From Candidatus Woesearchaeota archaeon (GTDB taxonomy: Archaea > Nanobdellota > Nanobdellia > Pacearchaeales > GW2011-AR1): a DNA stretch of 32,000 nt. Each line of letters opens with the position of its first letter. The first letter of the stretch is position 1. Under the pieces are notes generated by a model that made no database searches, was not told the origin of the DNA, and was given only the letters and a program-made list of their open reading frames with translations. Where the stretch lies: NCBI GenBank assembly GCA_964355135.1, contig CAYHCG010000005.1, positions 30,320 through 62,319 of the forward strand, in the 5' to 3' direction. Position numbers and translations under genes: made by a program. This document shows positions 23,132 to 31,410 of the stretch, piece by piece.

Positions 23132-25123
23132 ATGAAAAGAGAACTAAAAAGAGTAGTGATGTTTTTACTTTTTACTATTGCTTTATCTTCAATAGTTTCA
23201 GCAGAATTAATTATTTCACAACCCGAGTCTTTTTATAATTTCGGTGATTCTTTGGACATAACGGTAAAAATAGTCCCTCAAAAAGATACCCGAGATTTTT
23301 TCACAGCTTCTTTAGTTTGTTCTGGTCAGGAGATAGAATTATACAAAAGTCCCTTTAAGTTGTCTGCTGGAGAACAAAAAGAGGTTTTAATTTCAATCGT
23401 TTTAGATAAATTTATTGTTGCGAATGGCGGCGGTAAATGCAATATAAATGCAAAATTTGCCGACCAAACCGCAGCCAGTCAAAGTTTTGAATTAGTTAAA
23501 GATGTGACAGTTTCAGTTATTCTTCCAAATGTTTTATATGCCCCTGCAGAAGAAATTAAGGTTGAGGGTGAAGCAAAGAAAACCAATTCTCAATCGTTAG
23601 AAGGCTTTGTTGAACTTAAAGTCCCACAATTAGACATAAGCCTTATCAGTCCTGTAACCAACGGAAAATTCACATTTAACTTTACTACACCATCCAATAC
23701 AAAATCTGGAACTTATCCTGTAGAAATAAAAGCTTACGAAAAAGACGTCTTTTCAGAAATAATTAATGAAGGGACAACTACAACTAGCATTAGAATAAGG
23801 CAAATTCCAAAGGACTTAGATATTGCCTTAAGTTCACAGACAGTATCTCCAAATGAAGAATTAAAATTTACTCCAGTCATAACGGACCAATCTGGCGATA
23901 AAGTTGACGCAGAAGTTACCGTTACAGTCTATTATCCAGATAATACTGTTTTTAGAAAGAATATTGTTCGTTCAGATATCTCTAGTTCTATTCCAATAGA
24001 ATCTAATTATACTCCTGGATCTTGGAGAATAGAAGCTACATCACTTGACTTGAAAAAAACAAAGGAATTTTCAGTTAATGAATATAGAAATCTTTCCTTT
24101 GACTTAGAGAATAATACTCTAACTATCCAAAATATTGGAAATGTATTATTCAAGGGACCAGTTGAAATAAAAATAGGGGGAATAAGTGAGATAAAAGATA
24201 TTACTTTAAACGTTGGTGAAGCTAAAAAATTCAGGCTTCTAGCTCCGGATGGAAATTATGATATTCAAGTCGGGTTCGGATCAGATAATAATATGCTAGG
24301 TTCTACTTTTTTAACAGGAAAAGCAATTTCAGTGGACGATTCCTTTGGAAGTTCCGCAGCCAGTAATATATTAATAATAATCTGGCTAATAGTAATTCTT
24401 ATTATTGCAGTTATTGCAATAGTGTTATATAGGAAGATTTCCAGAAAAACATATATCGGCAAGATACCTTCAACATCTTCTACTTCGGCATTTAACCCAG
24501 GTTCCTCAACATCTCCACCAAAAACTGCCCTTATGCCTACCTCTTCTCCTCAAACAAACAATATTATTGACAAAGGAGAAAAGCAAGAGTCAGCGATAAT
24601 AGCATTAAAAATAAAGAATTTAGAGCAACTTAAACCAGTTCAGGAAGCGCTAAACACTATTGAAACTGCATTATACAAGGCAAAAGAGTATGGTGGAAAA
24701 GTTTATACCGAAGGGGACTTTAGATTAATAGTGTTAGCACCTATGTTAACTAAAGAAGCAGATAATTCTCAAAAAGCAATAGATGTAGCAACTAAAGTTG
24801 AAAGAAACATTAAAGAATATAATGCAAAGAGCCTCAAAAAGATAGATTATGGAATAGGAATTAATAATGGTAATTTAATAGTTGAAAACAAAGAAGGCAA
24901 ATTCCGTTTTGTTTCTGCAGATAATTCAATTATCTCAGCAAAGAATATCGCTCAGTTCTCAAATAATGATATCTTAATTTCAGAAACGATTCATAGAAAA
25001 ACAACAGGAAAGACAAGAGCAAACAAACTTTCAGACAAGAATCTATGGCAACTTGAAAAAGTCACCGATAGAACCCAGCACGAAGACTTCATTTCTCGCT
25101 TTAAGAATAGAAATAAGCAATAA
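23132..25123 (+). CDS. Single-pass surface protein: signal peptide, Ig/CARDB-like ectodomain repeats, TM helix, Ser/Thr/Pro linker, and a cytoplasmic class III cyclase-homology-like domain that appears degenerate
   Basis: The signal peptide is FLLFTIALSSIVSA and the TM helix is ILIIIWLIVILIIAVIAIVLY. The C-terminal region 'ESAIIALKIKN...YGGKVYTEGDFRLIVLAP...IDYGIGINNGNLIV...FVSADNSIISAKNIAQFSNNDILISETIHRK' follows the CHD pattern (FxDIxGFT / GGxxxKxxGDxxMxxF / RIGIHxGxV / GDxVNxAxRLE), but the first metal-binding Asp is replaced (ALKIKN). Confidence 0.55.
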   Translation: MKRELKRVVMFLLFTIALSSIVSAELIISQPESFYNFGDSLDITVKIVPQKDTRDFFTASLVCSGQEIELYKSPFKLSAGEQKEVLISIVLDKFIVANGGGKCNINAKFADQTAASQSFELVKDVTVSVILPNVLYAPAEEIKVEGEAKKTNSQSLEGFVELKVPQLDISLISPVTNGKFTFNFTTPSNTKSGTYPVEIKAYEKDVFSEIINEGTTTTSIRIRQIPKDLDIALSSQTVSPNEELKFTPVITDQSGDKVDAEVTVTVYYPDNTVFRKNIVRSDISSSIPIESNYTPGSWRIEATSLDLKKTKEFSVNEYRNLSFDLENNTLTIQNIGNVLFKGPVEIKIGGISEIKDITLNVGEAKKFRLLAPDGNYDIQVGFGSDNNMLGSTFLTGKAISVDDSFGSSAASNILIIIWLIVILIIAVIAIVLYRKISRKTYIGKIPSTSSTSAFNPGSSTSPPKTALMPTSSPQTNNIIDKGEKQESAIIALKIKNLEQLKPVQEALNTIETALYKAKEYGGKVYTEGDFRLIVLAPMLTKEADNSQKAIDVATKVERNIKEYNAKSLKKIDYGIGINNGNLIVENKEGKFRFVSADNSIISAKNIAQFSNNDILISETIHRKTTGKTRANKLSDKNLWQLEKVTDRTQHEDFISRFKNRNKQ

Positions 25124-25173
25124 AACTTCTTCTGAATGGGAATCTATTTAAATCAATTCGTGATGACTCAATT

Positions 25174-26250
25174 ATGGAAGAATGCACTATTGACGTTCTG
25201 CGGAATGAAATTACAAAAACAAGCTCAAACCTCGATGCTGAAGTGAGAACATACGAGGATTATGTCACCAGGGCATTAACAAGGACGTTGCTTGATCTAA
25301 AAGTCGCGGCTAGAGTAGTCAACAATGGCTCAACACATCAATCAAGAAGAACATATGTAATGGACCCTAGCGGAACACATAATCCTTTTCCTCCAGATAT
25401 CGATCTAAACGTAGTAGTTTATGGAGATGAAGTTCCTGAAGGGTTGGAGGATCTTTTATTTGAGAGAATTATGAAGGGGAGTTCTGTGTATGTAGACGGA
25501 AACGATAATGGAAAGAAAATAATAGGGGTAAGAAGAGAGGGCAATTTTAATATTTCTACTGCGATCTATTCGGAAAAAACTTACGGTGGCAACAAAGAAA
25601 TTTCATATAATGATCTAATAGGGGAGTTTGATGAGAAACAAAGACTAGAGGCAAGAACTCTTAAAGTGATCTTGCAGAGAAACGGGTGTTATGGTGGTTG
25701 GAATCGTGCAATAAAAGGAATTGCAGTGGATGAGATGGTCAGAAGTCATGGTAGTACGGAGCAATGTCTCAGCTTTTTGCAAAAAGCATCCGAATCAAAG
25801 GCAGTGAGAAAATTATATATTCCCACTACGGAGGAAAATCTGCTTGGGAATGTATCACATTACGTTTGGGGAAGAGTAAAAAGAATGACTGCTCTCCATG
25901 CTCAAAAAGGAACCATTAAAGCAGATTCTTTCGAAGGAGAAAATTGGAAAGAGATGTACGCCGAAAAAGTAACTGCTGTTTTTTCTATAGGTTGCAGTCC
26001 CGGTAGCTGCGGTAGAGAGCCCTCTACTATTGCGAGGGAAGTTAGAAGATATTTAAGTAATATCACTGGACTTGTAGGAATAGAAGGAGGAACCGACTAC
26101 CATCTCATTCCTCATCAAGGGGAAAATTCAGAAAAAGGAAATCCCCATACCTTCATTTTTGTAGCAATTGATCCCAAAGATAAATATTTTTCAGGAGAAA
26201 AGTTTTTCGCTTTAATCACAGACCATATGGAAGAATATGCCCGCATATAG
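25174..26250 (+). CDS. Pol-beta superfamily nucleotidyltransferase resembling a class I (archaeal) CCA-adding enzyme, divergent and short
   Basis: 'NNGSTHQSRRTY...PPDIDLNVVV' fits the GS...DxD motif. 'EARTLKVILQRNGCYGGWNRAIKGIAVDEMVRSHGSTEQCLSFL' parallels the A. fulgidus CCA enzyme '[43 protein letters not shown]'. Both tRNA genes here lack an encoded CCA. Confidence 0.5.
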   Translation: MEECTIDVLRNEITKTSSNLDAEVRTYEDYVTRALTRTLLDLKVAARVVNNGSTHQSRRTYVMDPSGTHNPFPPDIDLNVVVYGDEVPEGLEDLLFERIMKGSSVYVDGNDNGKKIIGVRREGNFNISTAIYSEKTYGGNKEISYNDLIGEFDEKQRLEARTLKVILQRNGCYGGWNRAIKGIAVDEMVRSHGSTEQCLSFLQKASESKAVRKLYIPTTEENLLGNVSHYVWGRVKRMTALHAQKGTIKADSFEGENWKEMYAEKVTAVFSIGCSPGSCGREPSTIAREVRRYLSNITGLVGIEGGTDYHLIPHQGENSEKGNPHTFIFVAIDPKDKYFSGEKFFALITDHMEEYARI

Positions 26251-26252
26251 TT

Positions 26253-26621
26253 TCAAACTCTCAACAGTTTTCCTTTGTCGATATAATATCCATCGTGGCC
26301 AATGTCAAATTCAAAAATATCTTGTATTATCGCGCTTTCCTCTATGTAACCCTTCTCCTTAGCTCTTTTTAATAAATGGGCTTGTAGACAATTTGGACAG
26401 CACTCGTGAATTAATTCTTTATCTTCAATATTACATGCAACCACGGCTAGAGAATTTCTTTCCATAAAAGACTTTGCTTCCTTAACGAGAGATACTGGGA
26501 AATTTGTTAGTTTGGTAAGATTGCCCAAGATATTGACTCCTAGTAAAATCCCCCCTTCAAGCGCCCTAGAAATTCTTTTTGTCACCATGTGTAAAAACCC
26601 TTGCAAGAAACCCACAAACAA
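26253..26621 (-). CDS. Hypothetical protein (start uncertain: TTG at 26621 or ATG at 26588)
   Basis: ORF convergent with the NTase gene. It contains CCPNC. No family recognised. Confidence 0.4.
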   Translation of the reverse strand: MFVGFLQGFLHMVTKRISRALEGGILLGVNILGNLTKLTNFPVSLVKEAKSFMERNSLAVVACNIEDKELIHECCPNCLQAHLLKRAKEKGYIEESAIIQDIFEFDIGHDGYYIDKGKLLRV

Positions 26622-26765
26622 TGTAAGGATTACTTGCCAGAAATAATGTTATAAAACTTAATATAACAAATATTAAACTCTGTAGAAGACCAAGAATTGT
26701 ACAAACCGTTTAATGTTTGTGTTTGCATAAATCATCTAGGTGACACTAGTATTTATACCTTCCGT

Positions 26766-27437
26766 TTAGGTCTCTACAACAATGCTTTCCGTCTCAGCGC
26801 CTAGTTTTGTCAAAACACTAGTTAACTCTCCCACCATTCTCAGCGGGCCACAAATATAAAATGACTGTTTAAAATTACTGATATGCTTCTTGAGGAAACT
26901 CTCATCAATCCTTCCGTGCTCAAACCTTGCTTTATCTTCTCTAGTCAGAGTGTAGACCTTCTTTAGAGTTTTCATACGCTCAAACTCCTCTCTAAGTATT
27001 ACATCCTCTTCTTTTTTATTAGAAAACAATAGCATATTCCCTGCCAGTTCATTTTTAAGTTGTAAGTCCCTCAGAATCGCAATAAATGGGGTTATTCCTG
27101 CCCCTCCTGCAATAAACACTCCTTTATCTTTATACTGTATCGCTCCCCAAGGGTTAGAAATAATGAGTTCATCTCTTTCTTTCAGGTTCCCTAACTCCTT
27201 CGTCACTCCATTTCTCTCTGGGTAAATCTTTATTGTAAGCTCAAGATGTTTATTGGAGTTTAGTCCAGTAAATGTAAATGGCCTTTCTTTGTCTCTCCAC
27301 CCTCCTTTATCAATAGCTAAATCAATCGCTTGTCCAGGAATAAACTCATATCCTTTAGGTCTTTCTAAGACAAACATCTTGACATTATGTGTTAGCTGTT
27401 CAATTTTCAATATTTTAACTATATGTGGGTTTTCCAT
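26766..27437 (-). CDS. FNR-family FAD/NAD(P)-binding oxidoreductase
   Basis: RPFTFTG (the RxYS-type FAD motif), GGAGITPFIAILR (NAD(P)-binding GGxGxxP) and the C-terminal YICGP. Confidence 0.8.
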   Translation of the reverse strand: MENPHIVKILKIEQLTHNVKMFVLERPKGYEFIPGQAIDLAIDKGGWRDKERPFTFTGLNSNKHLELTIKIYPERNGVTKELGNLKERDELIISNPWGAIQYKDKGVFIAGGAGITPFIAILRDLQLKNELAGNMLLFSNKKEEDVILREEFERMKTLKKVYTLTREDKARFEHGRIDESFLKKHISNFKQSFYICGPLRMVGELTSVLTKLGAETESIVVET

Positions 27438-27486
27438 AGTTTTACTGTTTCGATAATTATTTAAATAGATATCGGATGCTAATAAT

Positions 27487-27789
27487 ATGGTAGAAGATAG
27501 AGAGGATACTTGGTATGTGGCTATTATGAGATCGGGAAGAAGATATACGCCCTTTACTGGAGTTGGGGGAGGATTTTACAGAGAGTTTGCTTCTCGTTCG
27601 CAACAATATGGAATAGAAATTGTGGCAGAAGAGTTTAATGTTTTAGATAGCCAAATAGATTTTTTAGGAAACCCGATCAAGGGCGGTGAAACGGAAAAAT
27701 CTCCTTTAGTTATATTAACAGAAAGACTCAATCATGGAGAAAACTTAAATCCCCAAGAAGAACTTAAAAAATTGGTTGAATCTGCTTAA
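27487..27789 (+). CDS. Hypothetical 100-aa protein
   Basis: ORF with Arg/Gly/Glu-rich composition. No motif recognised. Confidence 0.4.
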   Translation: MVEDREDTWYVAIMRSGRRYTPFTGVGGGFYREFASRSQQYGIEIVAEEFNVLDSQIDFLGNPIKGGETEKSPLVILTERLNHGENLNPQEELKKLVESA

Positions 27790-28185
27790 CTATTCTCTTT
27801 TTCTCGTAAACTGTAAAGATAAGGAATTGATACAAAATCTCTTTCCAGTTGGTGTCTGTGGTGCGTCATCAAAAACATGCCCTAAATGTCCGCCACAACG
27901 TTTGCATATGACTTCCGTTCTATGCCTACCAAGCGTATTATCTTCCCTAAGTTCAACTTTATTTCCATTAGCTTCAAAGAAACTAGGCCAACCACATCCT
28001 GAATCAAACTTTGTTTTTGAAGAAAATAATTCAATTCCGCATGCAGCGCAAGTATACATTCCTCTTTCTTTATGATGCACAAACTTCCCAGAGAAAGGCG
28101 ATTCAGTTCCCTTTTCTCGTAAGACATGGTATTGTTCTTTAGTCAATTTCTTCTTCCATTCACTATCTGTTACTTTCTTTTCCAT
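27790..28185 (-). CDS. msrB: Peptide-methionine (R)-S-oxide reductase MsrB
   Basis: CAACGIELFSSKTKFDSGCGWPSF, RTEVICKRCGGHLGHVFDD and RFCINS (two CxxC zinc motifs plus the catalytic Cys). Confidence 0.95.
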   Translation of the reverse strand: MEKKVTDSEWKKKLTKEQYHVLREKGTESPFSGKFVHHKERGMYTCAACGIELFSSKTKFDSGCGWPSFFEANGNKVELREDNTLGRHRTEVICKRCGGHLGHVFDDAPQTPTGKRFCINSLSLQFTRKRE

Positions 28186-28232
28186 AAAATAAAATGTCGA
28201 TCAAAGTTAATAAGTCTTATGAAGAATAAATT

Positions 28233-28766
28233 TTAAAATCTATCCTCAGGATTAATTTGTACTAAAAGGTCTGATGGCGTACCGAAAATAACTCCTCTGC
28301 ATTCAGCATTATCATAATCACTAGATGAAAACTCTCCCTCTTGCCACCTTAATAACATGTCATGCAGGTCTTCTATTTTAAATTTACAGACTCCCCCATA
28401 TCCTATATATTTCTTTACTTGTTTATTTACATCTCTTTCATAATTTCTCAATTCTTTTTCAGTAATTCCTTGTTCTGTCAAGTTTTTCTTTAATTCTTCA
28501 TTTAGTTTTATTCTAAGATCTTTATTCTTGATATGGAAATTGCAATTTCCCTCCTTTAGCGGTCTAATTTTCACATCTGTCTTATAATTTACATCTAATA
28601 TCCCAAAAAAGTCAAATGTCCTATGTTCACTATACTTGCTTGTAGCACAATTTTCTGAGTTATCTGCCAAGCATCCCAGATCATTTCCACAATTAATCAT
28701 AGAAGCATTAACATTGACAGCAAGTAAAATAAATAGGACAACAAACAATAAAATTATCTTTCTCAT
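28233..28766 (-). CDS. Secreted Cys-containing hypothetical protein
   Basis: It has a signal peptide (MRKIILLFVVLFILLAVNVNAS) and six or more Cys in the mature part. Confidence 0.5.
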   Translation of the reverse strand: MRKIILLFVVLFILLAVNVNASMINCGNDLGCLADNSENCATSKYSEHRTFDFFGILDVNYKTDVKIRPLKEGNCNFHIKNKDLRIKLNEELKKNLTEQGITEKELRNYERDVNKQVKKYIGYGGVCKFKIEDLHDMLLRWQEGEFSSSDYDNAECRGVIFGTPSDLLVQINPEDRF

Positions 28767-28868
28767 TTAGCAAAGATTTCTATTTTATATTTAAATATAT
28801 ATTTGATAGAAAATAACCTATCTTAATAACTATACTAGTAATATAAAGTTAATAAGGTTTTTCTATAT

Positions 28869-29198
28869 CTAAGCCGAATAGTTTAAACGCTTTGTATCTT
28901 CTGCACTTTTAGGAATCAATCTGCTAATAATCTCCTCATAATATGTCCTCCCCTGGCTACAAATTGTATAACCTGCTCGGCCATCATTATAAATTAAGCA
29001 ATCTCTTGACAAACTGCTTAAAGCCATCCCTAACTTTCTCGGCTTATATCCGGTAATTTCTTGGATTTCTTTATTTCTTATCGCTCTTCCAACTGCTCCA
29101 ATTAGTAATAAAATTTCCATCTCAGCAAGAGACATTTTTTCTTCCGCGGCACTTTTCCTTATTTTTCCAGGAACCTTTAAAATATCAAGCAAGTCCAT
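28869..29198 (-). CDS. Winged-helix (MarR/PadR-like) DNA-binding protein
   Basis: 'LAEMEILLLIGAVGRAIRNKEIQEITGYKPRKLGMALSSLSRDCLIYNDGRAGY' fits an HTH plus wing. Confidence 0.55.
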   Translation of the reverse strand: MDLLDILKVPGKIRKSAAEEKMSLAEMEILLLIGAVGRAIRNKEIQEITGYKPRKLGMALSSLSRDCLIYNDGRAGYTICSQGRTYYEEIISRLIPKSAEDTKRLNYSA

Positions 29199-29284
29199 AA
29201 TTTTAATGATAAATATCTCTATTTAAAATATTATATGCTAGTTTTTTTGCAATAATTTAAAAAACCAAATGCATCTATCCTATT

Positions 29285-29947
29285 ATGGAAGAACTTTTTA
29301 GACTTTTTAAGAATATAACCAATGAAGAAGGAGAGATTATTAAGATAATAAAGGAGAATATTAAGGTTAGCTCTTTAACTTCAATTTTAGATATTGGTAG
29401 TAATTCCGGTTATATTTCAAGTAAATTACAACCTCAAAAAAATAAAATAACACTTATCGATATTGATGAATTTAACACTGAACCAGAAATTAAGTTTATT
29501 AAATCTTCCTGGGAAGAGGCAATTATAGAAGGGAAATTTGATCTAATCATAGCATCGCATGTTTGGGGGCATTTTGGATATAAAGACACGCAAAAAATTG
29601 CTTTTGATAAAATGATTAAACATAAGCTTGATAAAGGAAAAATAATCCTTTGTTATAATACTAATTCAGAATTTATGGGAAAATTAGTGGATTTCTCTAA
29701 AGAAGTACTCGGAGACTTTCAATACGATTATTTTGATGAAGATATTATAAAGGAATATGATAAAAAAGAGATTACTTTTGAAGTTAAATTAAAAGCCAAA
29801 GACTTTGAAGATTTAGCCGAGCTTGTTAAAATCTTAATAATTACGGAAGAGAAAAATTACAAAAAGAATCAAGTTAAAGAGTTCTTAGAAAGAAATTTGT
29901 CTAAACCAGAGTTTAAAATAGAGCAAAAAGTTATTATTATTCAATAA
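29285..29947 (+). CDS. Class I SAM-dependent methyltransferase
   Basis: Motif I is ILDIGSNSGYISSKL, the acidic post-I residue is in TLIDID, and a later block is FDLIIASHVWGHF. The gene is very AT-rich, like the host core genes. Confidence 0.65.
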   Translation: MEELFRLFKNITNEEGEIIKIIKENIKVSSLTSILDIGSNSGYISSKLQPQKNKITLIDIDEFNTEPEIKFIKSSWEEAIIEGKFDLIIASHVWGHFGYKDTQKIAFDKMIKHKLDKGKIILCYNTNSEFMGKLVDFSKEVLGDFQYDYFDEDIIKEYDKKEITFEVKLKAKDFEDLAELVKILIITEEKNYKKNQVKEFLERNLSKPEFKIEQKVIIIQ

Positions 29948-29963
29948 TTCTATTCCAGAATAG

Positions 29964-30413
29964 TTATGCAACTTTATCAATTGCTCTTGAAAGATGAAGA
30001 AAGTCTATTGCCATATCATCAAAGAAGTTAAGCAAGTAAGTTGTATCGGCATCATTTCCACTTTCTAAGTTTTCTAATTCAGTGCATACATGCTCTAATT
30101 CCGTTCTACCCTCTCTTTCAGGAGATAGTTCTATAAAATAACTTCTGAGGGCATCTTCTCCTTCGTAATCTCCTAAATTTTCTCTTACTCCGTCAAATGT
30201 TGCTGATCCAGAGGCAACCCGCAGCCATGGTTTTTCTAAGAGATCTTCTCTTCTCTCAAATAAACTCTCGCGTTCATATAAGTGAGTTAGATCACTTCTG
30301 ACAGCTCTTAATTTCTGCTTTAATTGAGGCAATTCCATCCTTCCTTTGCTTAATTCTGCTAGATCCTCCGCAATATCTAGTGCGTAGGCACCCAGAGATA
30401 GATTTTGATACAT
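29964..30413 (-). CDS. Acidic, predicted all-helical 149-aa protein, downstream partner of the RT
   Basis: The ORF lies 35 nt after the RT stop on the same strand. The TATA-like palindrome at 30435..30449 lies 22-36 nt upstream of its ATG. No motif recognised. Confidence 0.55.
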   Translation of the reverse strand: MYQNLSLGAYALDIAEDLAELSKGRMELPQLKQKLRAVRSDLTHLYERESLFERREDLLEKPWLRVASGSATFDGVRENLGDYEGEDALRSYFIELSPEREGRTELEHVCTELENLESGNDADTTYLLNFFDDMAIDFLHLSRAIDKVA

Positions 30414-30434
30414 AATTAAATAAGAGTTATGTTA

Positions 30435-30449
30435 CTTATAAATATTTAT
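30435..30449 (-). promoter_or_regulatory. TATA-like near-palindrome CTTATAAATATTTAT (copy 1 of 2)
   Basis: An identical 15-mer recurs at 31396..31410. Each copy lies just upstream of a cassette gene. Confidence 0.4.
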
Positions 30450-31363
30450 TAAGTCCATTTATCATATCTTCTTGGACCATTAAACCATTCGTGATAATTC
30501 AGCGGTTTTGTTTTCTTTGCTTCTCTTTCTACTTTACTGTTCTTAAAAACACGTCCTCTTTCTATAACCTGTCCTAAAAGATAAATTGGCTCGCCTCTTT
30601 GGTAAAATACTTTTGTTTGTGATACCGGAGCATACTGGGAAGTAAGTTCAACAGCCCCCATAAACTCTTCTGCATCAAGTGGAAGACTAGAACTAATAGT
30701 CATATCATCTACCCATCTCGTATAGGTAAGCCCCCTAGTCGCAGATTGAGAAGAAAGCTTTTGATCAATACCGTGTAAAATCCTATTAAATAAAGCTATG
30801 CCATGAAGAGAGCCTTGAGGTAAAGATCTTTGTTCATTGGTAGTTACTGTACAGACATTTGATAAGAAGCCGGCGCATTCTCTTCTTTCTGTATCTCCAA
30901 GTTTTTCAAAAGCATTATAGAAAAAATCAAAAACTTGTGTTATTCCTTGATTATTAAAAGCATCCGCCAAATCGAAAGAAAAAGCTGAAGCTACGGGTAA
31001 ATGAGTTTGTAGGCTTTTATTTGCGCTCCAACCCTTTTCTCCCCCATGAGCGCTTGGATGAATAGGCTGTCTTTTTATAAAAGGAACTAACTTTGCTGTA
31101 AAATAAGCAAATCTCCCGTTAGGAACTGCAAAAGGTCTTCTCTTGTCTCCAACCTGTTGCGTCCATCTTAAGTAGAGTTTTCCCCTATCATATAGTTCCT
31201 CCATTTCTCTTAATGCATTATCTAGATCATGTGTTGGAAAAAGGCAATTCTCCTCTTCTCTTTCCAAGATGCTAACAAGCGTATCTTTTGCAGGGGTCTT
31301 CAGAATTCTAAATGGATTTTTGTTTTCTGCCAGATACTTTTCAAACTCTAGAGTATTTTCCAT
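30449..31363 (-). CDS. Compact reverse transcriptase (304 aa), retron-like palm motifs, no accessory domains
   Basis: Ordered RT motifs: KRRPFAVPN (1), SAHGGEKGWSANKSLQTH (2), FSFDLADAFNN (A), SLPQGSLHGIALFN (B), RGLTYTRWVDDMTISS (C, catalytic DD), SQTKVF...YLLGQVI (6/7). A GAGG SD lies 4-7 nt upstream of the ATG. Confidence 0.85.
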   Translation of the reverse strand: MENTLEFEKYLAENKNPFRILKTPAKDTLVSILEREEENCLFPTHDLDNALREMEELYDRGKLYLRWTQQVGDKRRPFAVPNGRFAYFTAKLVPFIKRQPIHPSAHGGEKGWSANKSLQTHLPVASAFSFDLADAFNNQGITQVFDFFYNAFEKLGDTERRECAGFLSNVCTVTTNEQRSLPQGSLHGIALFNRILHGIDQKLSSQSATRGLTYTRWVDDMTISSSLPLDAEEFMGAVELTSQYAPVSQTKVFYQRGEPIYLLGQVIERGRVFKNSKVEREAKKTKPLNYHEWFNGPRRYDKWT

Positions 31364-31395
31364 TTTCCTCTTTTATATTCCTCTCAATTTTAAGT

Positions 31396-31410
31396 CTTAT
31401 AAATATTTAT
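31396..31410 (-). promoter_or_regulatory. TATA-like near-palindrome CTTATAAATATTTAT (copy 2 of 2)
   Basis: It has the same 15-mer as 30435..30449. It overlaps the stop codon of the upstream ORF, 33-47 nt upstream of the RT ATG. Confidence 0.35.

Noticed and set aside
25174-26621. CBASS-like CD-NTase plus effector pair
   Set aside because: The neck-helix pattern matches class I CCA-adding enzymes better. The neighbouring 122-aa ORF is convergent, not co-transcribed, and has no recognisable effector motif.
27776-28127. ORFs 27776..28075 (+) and 27882..28127 (-) overlapping msrB
   Set aside because: The MsrB frame (27790..28185) has complete catalytic and zinc motifs. The others are alternative frames.
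29950-29963. 14-nt inverted repeat CTATTC-CA-GAATAG between the convergent methyltransferase gene and the 149-aa gene, considered as an island boundary or att site
   Set aside because: It is short and AT-rich, and I found no second copy. It may simply sit in a convergent terminator region.
30449-31363. Group II intron-encoded RT
   Set aside because: The protein is too short (304 aa) and has no X/maturase or En domain. The flanks are tightly packed protein-coding ORFs, leaving no room for intron RNA domains I-VI.
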